A stretch of 64,000 nucleotides of DNA from Spirochaetota bacterium (lineage in GTDB: Bacteria > Spirochaetota > Spirochaetia > Treponematales > UBA12059): assembly GCA_018816345.1 (NCBI GenBank), contig JAHIWG010000166.1, positions 1 to 64,000 on the forward strand. The letters are read 5' to 3'. The notes under the pieces are model-generated. The model saw only the letters and a list, made by a program, of their open reading frames with translations. It was not told the DNA's origin and ran no database searches. Both the position numbers and the translations under genes were made by a program. Below are positions 54,785 through 63,418 of the stretch, piece by piece (position 1 is the first letter of the stretch; each line of letters begins with the position of its first letter).

Positions 54785-56194
54785 ATGATCGATACGACGT
54801 TATTCCTCAATGCCATGCAAATAATTTTGCAGACCCTCGAGGAAGGCATCCATATCGTCGATTCCGACGGCAGGAGCGTGCTCTATAACGAGGCCATGGC
54901 GCGCATCGAGGGGCTGTCGGCGGAGGACGTCCTCGGGAAGCACCTCCTGGAGGTCTTCCCTTCGTGGAGCGCCTCCGACAGCACCCTCCTATCCGCCCTC
55001 TCCTCGGGCCGGACCGTAGACCAGCGCAGGCAGTCGTACCTCAACTTCAACAAGCGGCGCATCACCACGATCAACACGACGTTCCCCATACTGAGCGACG
55101 GCGTCATCCTGGGCGCGGTCGAGGTGGCCAAGAACTATACCGAGGTCGACCAGCTGTCCGAGAAGATCATGGACCTCCAGCAGAAGCTGATCGATCCGCC
55201 GAAGGCCCGGAGCCGGACGCCCCGGAAGTATACCTTCGACATGCTGATAGGCAGGCATCCTCTCTACATGAACGCTATAGGCATATCCAAGAAGGCCGCC
55301 AGGGCCGATTCCAACGTGCTCATAGAGGGAGAGACGGGTACGGGCAAGGAGCTGTTCGCCCAGAGCATCCATAACGATAGCTCCAGGCGCGACGGGCCGT
55401 TCGTGGCCGTCAACTGCGCCGCCATGCCTGACACGCTCCTCGAGGGCATATTCTTCGGCACCGCCAAGGGGAGCTATACGGGGGCCGAGGATAGGCCCGG
55501 GCTCTTCGAGCAGGCCAACGGGGGGACGCTGTTCCTCGACGAGATAAACTCCATGAGCCTACCGTTGCAGGCCAAGATACTGCGCGCCCTGCAGGAATGC
55601 TCCGTGCGGCGCCTGGGCGGGCTCAAGGACCTCTTCGTCGACGTGAGGATAATCGCCGCGAGCAACGAGCCTCTGCACGCGATGATGAAGGCAGGCGCGT
55701 TCCGCAAGGACCTGTACTACCGCGTCAACGTTATGAACGTCCAGATTCCCGCGCTCCGTGACAGGAGGGAGGATATCCCGCTCCTTACCGATCACTTCAT
55801 CAGGCACTATAGCGGCAAGCTGGGCAAGGACGTCTGGATGCCCTCCCCGGAGCTGGAGCGGGCGTTCAAGGACTACGCGTGGGTAGGCAACGTCCGCGAG
55901 CTCCAGAACGTCATAGAGAGCGCGATGGCCATGGTGTCGGACGAGAACGTACTGGGCGTGGAGCACCTGCCTCCCCACGTGGACCTCCTGGAGAGGCAGG
56001 AGCGGGCGCGGCCTCCCGAGTCCTTCGAGGGGGACCTCGCCGCCTACCTCGAGCGCGTGGAGCGGGCCATACTCGAGGACTGCATGAGCCGGAGCGGAGG
56101 CAACGTCTCCAAGGCCGCCCGCCTGGCCGGCGTCTCGCGCCAGAGCCTGCAGTACAAGCTTAAGCGCTTAGGCGTGCCGATCGTTATTCCATAG
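54785..56194 (+). CDS. Sigma-54-dependent transcriptional activator (PAS - AAA+ - Fis-type HTH), no receiver domain
   Basis: Walker A GETGTGKE, GAFRKDLYYRVNV, C-terminal HTH VSKAARLAGVSRQSLQYKLKRLG. N-terminal PAS-like domain. Confidence 0.85.
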   Translation: MIDTTLFLNAMQIILQTLEEGIHIVDSDGRSVLYNEAMARIEGLSAEDVLGKHLLEVFPSWSASDSTLLSALSSGRTVDQRRQSYLNFNKRRITTINTTFPILSDGVILGAVEVAKNYTEVDQLSEKIMDLQQKLIDPPKARSRTPRKYTFDMLIGRHPLYMNAIGISKKAARADSNVLIEGETGTGKELFAQSIHNDSSRRDGPFVAVNCAAMPDTLLEGIFFGTAKGSYTGAEDRPGLFEQANGGTLFLDEINSMSLPLQAKILRALQECSVRRLGGLKDLFVDVRIIAASNEPLHAMMKAGAFRKDLYYRVNVMNVQIPALRDRREDIPLLTDHFIRHYSGKLGKDVWMPSPELERAFKDYAWVGNVRELQNVIESAMAMVSDENVLGVEHLPPHVDLLERQERARPPESFEGDLAAYLERVERAILEDCMSRSGGNVSKAARLAGVSRQSLQYKLKRLGVPIVIP

Positions 56195-56202
56195 ACAGGC
56201 GC

Positions 56203-56238
56203 AAAAAATATTGCAATAGCGCAAAAAATATTGCCATT
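56203..56238. promoter_or_regulatory. Tandem direct repeat GCGCAAAAAATATTGC x2 (20-bp period); candidate enhancer (UAS) for the sigma-54 activator
   Basis: Direct reading, about 200 bp upstream of the -24/-12 element. Each unit has an AATATT palindromic core; the junction forms TTGC-N6-GCAA. Confidence 0.45.
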
Positions 56239-56434
56239 GGCGATAGGCTTGTTTCTTCTCGTAATTACATAGCCGCCCCGGCGCAGCGGGGCATAGCGCG
56301 GCGTCGCGCGACGTAGCCGCCTCGGAAAAAACCTATTAATCCCATGCCTCTAAAAGAGATGCAATCGCTCGCGCTTCGGCGTGGCATGCGCCGTGGGCCT
56401 ACCCTCGCTATGTCGCTATACCGTAGCCTTCTTC

Positions 56435-56450
56435 TGGCACGATTCTTGCA
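56435..56450 (+). promoter_or_regulatory. Sigma-54 (-24/-12) promoter TGGCAC-GATTC-TTGCA
   Basis: Exact match to TGGCAC-N5-TTGCA consensus, 61 nt upstream of the ord start codon. Confidence 0.65.
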
Positions 56451-56511
56451 TTATTGAGTGTGACAGTTAGTACGACCATCTAACACGCACGAGAATAATC
56501 CGGAGGGTTTC

Positions 56512-57561
56512 ATGGACAAGGTACGGGTAGTGATATGGGGATTCGGCGCCATGGGCTCGGGCATGGCCCGTATGATCCTGAACAAGCAGGGCATAGAGAT
56601 AGTCGGCGTCTGCGACATGCACCCCGACAGGGTAGGGAAAGACTACCGCGACGTGCTGGGCGTACCTCGCGGCGACGGCGCGCCCGTCGTGATAAAGGGC
56701 GAGATAGCGGACGTCCTGACCGAGAAGTGCTGCGACATAGCCCTCTGCGCGACCGACTCGTTCACCAAGGACGCCTTCCCCCGCCTCAAGTTCTGCCTGG
56801 AGCGCAAGGTCAACGTGATCTCGACCGCCGAGGAGATGTCCTTCCCCGCCGCCAAGAACCCTGAGCTGGCCGCCGAGCTCGATAGGATAGCCAAGGCCAA
56901 CGGCGTGTCCATCCTCGGCACCGGCATCAACCCCGGCCTCATCATGGACCTCCTCGTCATAGCGATGACCGGGTGCATGGTCGACGTCCGGCATATCGAG
57001 GCTAAGCGCGTGAACAGCCTCTCGCCCTTCGGCCCGACCGTCATGCACGAGCAGGGCGTCGGGTTCACCGTCGAGGCCTTCGAGAAGGCCGTCAAGGACG
57101 GGACCATGGCCGGCCACGTCGGCTTCCACGAGTCCGTCGCCATGATAGGCGCGGCCCTGGGCTGGAAGGTCGACAAGTTCGAGCAGCAGATGAAGCCCAT
57201 AGTCACCACCGTAGACCGCAAGAGCCCCCACGGCTTCGCGAAGGCCGGCGACGTCGCCGGCGTCAACATGACCGGCCAGGGCTACGTGGGCGGCGAGGTC
57301 AGGATAGACATGATCCACCCCCAGCAGATAGAGCCGGAGATGGAAGGCACCCACACCGGCGACTACGTGACCATACAGGGCACCCCGCCCATCAACCTGG
57401 CCAACACCCCCGAGGTGGAGGGAGGGCTCGGGACCATAGCCATGTGCGTCAACATGATCCCCAACGTCATCAACGCGACGCCCGGGCTCAAGACGATGAT
57501 AGACCTCCCGGTGCCCAGGGCCATCATGGGCGACTTCCGCGACCAGATCAGGCGGGCCTGA
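56512..57561 (+). CDS. ord: Putative 2,4-diaminopentanoate dehydrogenase (DapB-like NAD(P)-binding fold)
   Basis: N-terminal Rossmann (RVVIWGFGAMGSGMARM). 349 aa. Assignment rests mainly on context (immediately upstream of ortA/ortB/oraS/oraE-size genes). Confidence 0.55.
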   Translation: MDKVRVVIWGFGAMGSGMARMILNKQGIEIVGVCDMHPDRVGKDYRDVLGVPRGDGAPVVIKGEIADVLTEKCCDIALCATDSFTKDAFPRLKFCLERKVNVISTAEEMSFPAAKNPELAAELDRIAKANGVSILGTGINPGLIMDLLVIAMTGCMVDVRHIEAKRVNSLSPFGPTVMHEQGVGFTVEAFEKAVKDGTMAGHVGFHESVAMIGAALGWKVDKFEQQMKPIVTTVDRKSPHGFAKAGDVAGVNMTGQGYVGGEVRIDMIHPQQIEPEMEGTHTGDYVTIQGTPPINLANTPEVEGGLGTIAMCVNMIPNVINATPGLKTMIDLPVPRAIMGDFRDQIRRA

Positions 57562-57562
57562 G

Positions 57563-57847
57563 ATGGCGGCCGCCGAGAAGGGCGCGTGGGTCGAGATACA
57601 GCAGACTATCCTCGAGCCCTCCCAGCGCGCGCCGACCCTGCCGGAGGACACCAAGGCCACGCCGCTCGTGATGCGGGTATCCGGGTTCCTCGTCGAGGGC
57701 GGGGACCTGGGCGCGCCCGCGACCGTGGAGACGATCATAGGCCGGCGGCTCGCGGGCACGCTGCGGACGGTCAACCCGAGCTATAGCCATAGCTTCGGGA
57801 CGACGGTTCCGGAGCTCCTGACCATAGGCGCGGAGGCCGGGCTATGA
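57563..57847 (+). CDS. ortA: Putative 2-amino-4-ketopentanoate thiolase alpha subunit
   Basis: 94 aa, 1-nt gap after ord, 4-nt overlap with the PLP-enzyme gene. Size and position match OrtA of Stickland ornithine clusters. Confidence 0.55.
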   Translation: MAAAEKGAWVEIQQTILEPSQRAPTLPEDTKATPLVMRVSGFLVEGGDLGAPATVETIIGRRLAGTLRTVNPSYSHSFGTTVPELLTIGAEAGL

Positions 57848-59253
57848 GCGGCAAGGACATGTCGTACGCGGCCGTGACGGCGCGCAAGAACGATATCATG
57901 AAGGCCAGCATGGGCATGGACTACGAGTCGTTCGTGACGAGCCCCGTCGCCTTCGACTACGAGCGCCTCATGGGCGATACGGGCTACTCGCACGACGACA
58001 TCGTGCGCATCCAGTCCGAGACCAAGGTGGGCGGCACGCCGCTGTACGAGCTGCGGAACCTCACGGAGGCGGTGAGGAAGATAGCCGGCCCCGGCAAGGG
58101 CGCGCGCATATTCGTAAAGGACGAGGCCGCCAACGCCTCGGGCAGCTTCAAGGCGCGCCGAGCGTCCATCAGCGCCTTCGAGGCGGCCAAGAAGGGCTAC
58201 GAGGGCATCATCGCGGCGACGAGCGGCAACTACGGGGCCGCGGTCGCGTCGCAGGCGGCCCAGCGCGGGCTCAAGTGCATCATAGTCCAGGAGGTGTTCG
58301 ACAGCCGCGGCGTGGGCCAGCCCGAGATAATCGAGAAGAGCCGCGCCTGCGAGGCCTACGGGGCCGAGGTCCTGAGGCTATCGGTGGGGCCGGAGCTGTT
58401 CTACGTCCTCCTCCGCACCCTCGAGGAGACGGGCTACTTCAACGCCAGCCTCTATACGCCCTTCGGCATACGCGGCGTGGAGACCCTGGGCACCGAGGTC
58501 GCCGCCCAGGTGCGGGAGCGCTGCGGCAAGGATCCCGACGCCGTGGTCATCACCCACGCGGGCGGCGGGAACCTGACGGGTACCGCGCGGGGACTGGCCC
58601 TCGCCGGCTGCGCGGGCACGCGCGTCGTCGCCTGCTCCGTGGACCTTGGCGGGCTCCATATGGCCAGCGACCGCGACTTCAACCGAAAATCGTTCACGAC
58701 TGGCCACACCGGCTTCGGCGTACCGTTCGCCACCTGGCCCGACCGCGTCGACGTGCCCCGCAACGCCGCGAGGCCCCTGCGCTACATGGACGAGTATCAG
58801 CTCGTCACCCAGGGCGAGGTCTTCTACGTCACCGAGCTCCTGGCCAAGATGGAGGGCCTCGAGCGCGGCCCGGCGGGCAACACGAGCCTTACCGCGGCGG
58901 TGACCCTGGCCAGGCAGATGGACCGCGACCAGGTGGTTGTCGTCCAGGAGACCGAGTATACGGGCGCGGGCAAGCACCACAACAGCCAGCTGTCCTTCGC
59001 CAGGCAGAACGGCATCGAGGTCAGGCGGGGCGACCCCGCGGACAACGTGCCGGGCAAGGCCATCGTGATACCCGAGAGCCTCGAGCAGGTTCGCGGGCGC
59101 GTGCAGGACATGGACAGGCTCCGCGCCTCGTACCTTAAGAACGCGGCCAAGGCCTACCCGCCCGAGTCGTGGTCGCCCGAGGATATCGCGTTCCTCGCGG
59201 CCGACGTCAAGAAGGACGTCGCCTGGGTGCGGGCCGCCGTCAAGGAATTATAG
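57844..59253 (+). CDS. ortB: Putative 2-amino-4-ketopentanoate thiolase beta subunit (PLP-dependent, fold type II)
   Basis: PLP-lysine region NASGSFKARRAS, glycine-rich ATSGNYGAAVA. 469 aa. Confidence 0.65.
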   Translation: MSGKDMSYAAVTARKNDIMKASMGMDYESFVTSPVAFDYERLMGDTGYSHDDIVRIQSETKVGGTPLYELRNLTEAVRKIAGPGKGARIFVKDEAANASGSFKARRASISAFEAAKKGYEGIIAATSGNYGAAVASQAAQRGLKCIIVQEVFDSRGVGQPEIIEKSRACEAYGAEVLRLSVGPELFYVLLRTLEETGYFNASLYTPFGIRGVETLGTEVAAQVRERCGKDPDAVVITHAGGGNLTGTARGLALAGCAGTRVVACSVDLGGLHMASDRDFNRKSFTTGHTGFGVPFATWPDRVDVPRNAARPLRYMDEYQLVTQGEVFYVTELLAKMEGLERGPAGNTSLTAAVTLARQMDRDQVVVVQETEYTGAGKHHNSQLSFARQNGIEVRRGDPADNVPGKAIVIPESLEQVRGRVQDMDRLRASYLKNAAKAYPPESWSPEDIAFLAADVKKDVAWVRAAVKEL

Positions 59254-59297
59254 GCCGTAGCGTACGACCGTGCCGGAGAGCGTGACGAAACAGCATG

Positions 59298-59330
59298 CCG
59301 GAACAGCGTACCGGAACAGCGTACCGGAAC
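59298..59330. repeat. 13-bp tandem repeat CCGGAACAGCGTA x2.5 in the ortB-oraS intergenic region
   Basis: Direct reading. Confidence 0.7.
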
Positions 59331-59349
59331 TACTTACAAGGAGTGATCG

Positions 59350-59700
59350 ATGTCAGACGATAGGATAGCCCGCTTCGAAACGAGGCAGGCGGAACTCAAG
59401 AAGATGAGCGACGAGGAGCTTAAGAATCGCTTCTGGAAGCTCTGTAACCAGATGGTCGAGCCCATCGTGGGCCTAGCCAAGACCCACACCTCCCCTTCGA
59501 TAGAGCGCTCCGTACTCCTTCGCATGGGCATAGACTCGGTCTCCACCCACGCGGTGGTGACGAGGGTCCTCGAGGCCGGGCTCCTGGGCAAGGGCGCTGG
59601 AAACGTGGTGCTCAGGCTGTCGCGGAAGACGGGTAAGGATATCAGGGGCGCCGCCCAGGCTATCATCGACGATAAGACCGTCCTGCACGGCCTGTTCTAA
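59350..59700 (+). CDS. oraS: Putative D-ornithine 4,5-aminomutase small subunit
   Basis: 116 aa, AAGGAG RBS, immediately upstream of the large B12/PLP aminomutase subunit gene. Confidence 0.6.
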   Translation: MSDDRIARFETRQAELKKMSDEELKNRFWKLCNQMVEPIVGLAKTHTSPSIERSVLLRMGIDSVSTHAVVTRVLEAGLLGKGAGNVVLRLSRKTGKDIRGAAQAIIDDKTVLHGLF

Positions 59701-59715
59701 GCAAGGAATACGACT

Positions 59716-61923
59716 ATGGCTACCAAAGAATTAGACCCGGCTAAGAAGCTCGATATAGAGGATATAATGAAGGACCTGGCCTCGTACCATCCGCCCCGCA
59801 AGGGCTGGACCTGGCGCGAGGTGCCCGCGGAAGGCGTGCGCATGGGGCCCTTCCTCTATCGCAACATGTCCAAGCCCCTGAAGCGGAGCATAGGCCTGCC
59901 CGCGTCCAAGTACTTCGACCATATCGACCCCCAGCCCTCCTGCGTGGTGACAACCGAGATAGCCTCGGGCCGCTTCGAGGACGATATACGCCGCATGCGC
60001 ATGGCCGCCTGGCACGGCGCCGACCACCTGATGGTTATACGCACGACAGGCCAGAGCCACATAGACGGCCTCATGGAAGGTACGCCCGAGGGCACCGGCG
60101 GCGTACCCATCACCCGCAAGCAGATACGCGCCAGCCGCAAGGCCTGCGACATGATAGAGGAGGAGGTCGGCCGCCCGATCAACTTCCACAGCTACGTCTC
60201 CGGCGTGGCCGGGCCCGAGGTGGCCGTCCTCTTCGCCGAGGAAGGCATAAACGGCGCCCACCAGGACCCTCAGTACAACGTGCTGTACCGCAACGTCAAC
60301 ATGTACCGATCCTTCGTCGACGCCGCCGAGGCCAAGAGGGTCATGTCCGGGGCCCGGATATTCCAGATAGACGGGGCCCATAACGCCAACGCCACCGCCA
60401 AGGCGGGGTGGCTCGTCATGCCCGAGCTGATGGTCCAGCACGGCATCAACTGCGCCTTCTCCGTGGCCGCGGGCATGGACAAGAGCCTCATAGGCCTGTC
60501 CACCGTGCCGCCCGACGCGCCGCCGGCCCCCAAGCTGTGGTACGACCTGCCCTACGCCATAGCGCTCCGCGAGTTCTTCAGCGACTTCAAGATGCGCGCC
60601 CAGCAGAACACGCGCTACATCGAGGCCGACATCGAGGAGGCCGTGCGCACCCATACCATCGATACCCTCATATCGATGCTGACCAGCGCCGACATCCAGA
60701 GCACCATAACCCCTGACGAGGGGCGCAACGTGCCCTGGCACTACAACAACATCCGCGGCGTGCAGACGGTCAAGCAGACCTGGGCTGCGCTCGACGGCAT
60801 CAAGGACCTGGTCAGCCTCAACATGGCCGGCCCCTTAGGCGAGATGGTGCGCGACCTCAAGGAACGGGCCGTGGCCTTCCTCGAGGAGCTCCTGGAGGTA
60901 GGCGGCTACTTCGCCGCGGTCGAGAAGGGCTTCTTCGTCGACTCCGCCAAGTATCCCGAGCGCAACGGCGACGGCATAGCCCGCGACGGAAAGGGAGGCG
61001 TCGGCGTCGACACCATCGTGGCCCGCGACCCCGACTACTACGCCCCCGTCTGCGACCATTTCGGCGACAATAACGTTCCCGCCGGCCTCTCCAGGCCCTG
61101 CGACCCCATAGGCGGCTGTACGCTCTGCGAGCCCGGGAAGATCGTCTACATAGACGAGCTCGACCCCGAGGACAACGCCGACAAGCGCCTGGAGCGGACC
61201 CTGCCGTACCGGTCGGGCGACCTCCTGCGCCCCGAGGCCGAGTGGGCCGGGGACGGCACCGTCCTCCTCCAGTTCATGGTTCCCGACAGCGAGGACTTCG
61301 CCCGCGAGGCCGGCCTCGAGATGGCCCGCAAGATGGGCCTCAAGGACCCCGAGGTCGTCAACCTGCAGGTGATGCACCCGGCCGAGGGCTGCTTCGTCGA
61401 GGTCAAGGGCAAGGTCGCCTTCGACATCAAGAAGTCGGAGCTCAAGATACCGCCCAAGGAAGTGATGCTGGACGAGGAGGAGATCCGGTCCGCAGTCAAG
61501 ACGCTCGGCATGAAGGTCGTCGCGGCCACGGTAGGAGAGGACGAGCACTCCGTCGGCCTCCGCGAGATCCTCGACATCAAGCACGGCGGGATTGAGAAGT
61601 ACGGCGTCAAGTACAGCTATCTCGGCACCTCGGTGCCGGTAGGCAAGCTGGTCGACGCGGCCATCGAGATAGGCGCGCACGCCATACTCATCTCCACGAT
61701 CATCAGCCATTCGGACGTGCACCGCCAGAACATGAGGAAGCTCGCCGAGCTGTGCAAGGAGAAGGGCGTGCGCGACAAGATAGTCCTCGTAGCCGGGGGC
61801 ACGCAGGTCAACCGGGACATGGCCGCCGAGACGGGCCTGGACGCCACCTTCGGGCGGGGCACCAAGGGCATCCACGTCGTGGACGCCATCGTGAAGACCC
61901 TCAAGTCCCGCGGCGTCGTCTGA
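59716..61923 (+). CDS. oraE: Putative D-ornithine 4,5-aminomutase large subunit (PLP TIM-barrel + C-terminal cobalamin-binding Rossmann domain)
   Basis: 735 aa. B12-binding DxHxxG motif (DEHSVG) about 120 aa from the C-terminus followed by a flavodoxin-like domain. Size matches OraE/KamDE-class aminomutases. Confidence 0.75.
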   Translation: MATKELDPAKKLDIEDIMKDLASYHPPRKGWTWREVPAEGVRMGPFLYRNMSKPLKRSIGLPASKYFDHIDPQPSCVVTTEIASGRFEDDIRRMRMAAWHGADHLMVIRTTGQSHIDGLMEGTPEGTGGVPITRKQIRASRKACDMIEEEVGRPINFHSYVSGVAGPEVAVLFAEEGINGAHQDPQYNVLYRNVNMYRSFVDAAEAKRVMSGARIFQIDGAHNANATAKAGWLVMPELMVQHGINCAFSVAAGMDKSLIGLSTVPPDAPPAPKLWYDLPYAIALREFFSDFKMRAQQNTRYIEADIEEAVRTHTIDTLISMLTSADIQSTITPDEGRNVPWHYNNIRGVQTVKQTWAALDGIKDLVSLNMAGPLGEMVRDLKERAVAFLEELLEVGGYFAAVEKGFFVDSAKYPERNGDGIARDGKGGVGVDTIVARDPDYYAPVCDHFGDNNVPAGLSRPCDPIGGCTLCEPGKIVYIDELDPEDNADKRLERTLPYRSGDLLRPEAEWAGDGTVLLQFMVPDSEDFAREAGLEMARKMGLKDPEVVNLQVMHPAEGCFVEVKGKVAFDIKKSELKIPPKEVMLDEEEIRSAVKTLGMKVVAATVGEDEHSVGLREILDIKHGGIEKYGVKYSYLGTSVPVGKLVDAAIEIGAHAILISTIISHSDVHRQNMRKLAELCKEKGVRDKIVLVAGGTQVNRDMAAETGLDATFGRGTKGIHVVDAIVKTLKSRGVV

Positions 61924-62000
61924 TAGATCGAGAGTATAGGCAAGCCGCGGAGGCATAGTGCCCCCGCGGCGAATTTCAGCAGGTTATTCCGGAGTACAAC

Positions 62001-63344
62001 GTGGGCGAGAGCGTAGACATCCTTACCATCGAGGTCGGCTCGACGATCACCAAGGCCAACGGCTTCCGTTTCCTGCCGGAGGGCGGCTTCTCCCACGACG
62101 CTCAGGGCTTCGCCAAGACCTCCGTCCTCGCGGGGGACGTAGGCATAGGCGTGGCCGAGGCTATAGCCGATCTCGAGTCGGCCCTCGGGGCCCCCGTAGG
62201 GAAGCCCGAGACCTTCGTCAACAGCTCGGCGGCCGGAGGGCTCCGCATGACGGTGCACGGCCTGACCTACAGCATGACCGCGAGGGCCGCCCACGAGGCG
62301 TCGCTAGGCGCCGGGGCCATCGTCAAGAAGGTCACGGCCGGAGCCCTCGAGGACTACGAGCTCGAGGAGCTGAGGGGTATAAACCCTAACATCATCCTCA
62401 TAGCGGGCGGCGTGGAGTTCGGAGAGAAGGCCACGGTCCTTCGCAACGCCGAGCGCATCGCGGCCCTCGGCCTGCCGGCTCCCGTCGTGTACGCAGGCAA
62501 CTCCGCCCTCCACCGGCCCATCCAGAAACTATTCCACGACGCGGGCATCGAGGTGCTGATAGCGGAGAACGTCTTCCCCGACGTCGACGTCCTCAACATC
62601 GAGCCCCTGCGCCGCCTCATCCACGAGGTGTTCAGCAAGCACATAGTCCACGCGCCGGGCATGGCCAGGTTCGAGGGCATGAGCCCCTGGGGCATCCTGC
62701 CCACGCCGGGCGCCGTGCTTCGCGGCGCCGAGCTGTTCGCGGAGGCCATGGGCGACTGCCTCGTCTTCGACGTGGGCGGCGCGACCACCGACGTGCACAG
62801 CGTCACCGACGGCGACCCCGAGTACCAGTCCAAGGCCGTAGAGCCCGAGCCCCGGGCCAAGCGCACGGTAGAGGGCGACCTGGGCGTCTTCGTCAACGCG
62901 GCCAACATCGTGCACGTCACGGGCGACCAGGCCTGGGGCGATCGCATGGGCGACCTCAAGGCCATGCCGGCCACCGAGCGCGAGCGGGAGCTCACCAGGT
63001 GGCTATGCGCGCGCGCCGTGGATATAGGGGCCAGGCGGCACGCCGGCAAGGTATCGGATCTCTATACGCCTACGGGCAAGCGGCAGATAGTGAAGGGCAA
63101 GGACCTCTCCGCGATCAAGTGGGTCGTAGCCACGGGCGGCGCGCTTACCCGCGTCGCCGGGGCCGCGGACTGCCTGCGCTCCATCTGCACGGGACCGAAG
63201 AAGCACCTCCTGCCGCCTCCGGAGGCCCGCATACTCATAGACAAGGAATACCGCTTCTCGGCGCTCGGGACCATATCGCAGGCCTACCCGGCCGACGTCA
63301 AGCAGACCTTCGAGGCCTGGGTGCGCGGCGAATTCCCGGCCTGA
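62001..63344 (+). CDS. MutL/GlmL-family ASKHA ATPase, putative B12-aminomutase reactivase
   Basis: 447 aa. Actin/hsp70-fold phosphate motifs (LTIEVGSTITKA; DVGGATTDVHSV). Confidence 0.55.
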   Translation: MGESVDILTIEVGSTITKANGFRFLPEGGFSHDAQGFAKTSVLAGDVGIGVAEAIADLESALGAPVGKPETFVNSSAAGGLRMTVHGLTYSMTARAAHEASLGAGAIVKKVTAGALEDYELEELRGINPNIILIAGGVEFGEKATVLRNAERIAALGLPAPVVYAGNSALHRPIQKLFHDAGIEVLIAENVFPDVDVLNIEPLRRLIHEVFSKHIVHAPGMARFEGMSPWGILPTPGAVLRGAELFAEAMGDCLVFDVGGATTDVHSVTDGDPEYQSKAVEPEPRAKRTVEGDLGVFVNAANIVHVTGDQAWGDRMGDLKAMPATERERELTRWLCARAVDIGARRHAGKVSDLYTPTGKRQIVKGKDLSAIKWVVATGGALTRVAGAADCLRSICTGPKKHLLPPPEARILIDKEYRFSALGTISQAYPADVKQTFEAWVRGEFPA

Positions 63345-63418
63345 CGGCCCGGACGCGCCAGGCCCCGCCCGAGCGCCCGGCAGAAATGGCTCCGTACCGC
63401 TATCAAAAGGAGAGCGAC

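Noticed and set aside
59731-60741. 336-aa minus-strand ORF
   Set aside because: Antisense inside the oraE-like aminomutase gene, which carries a clear DxHxxG B12 motif on the plus strand.
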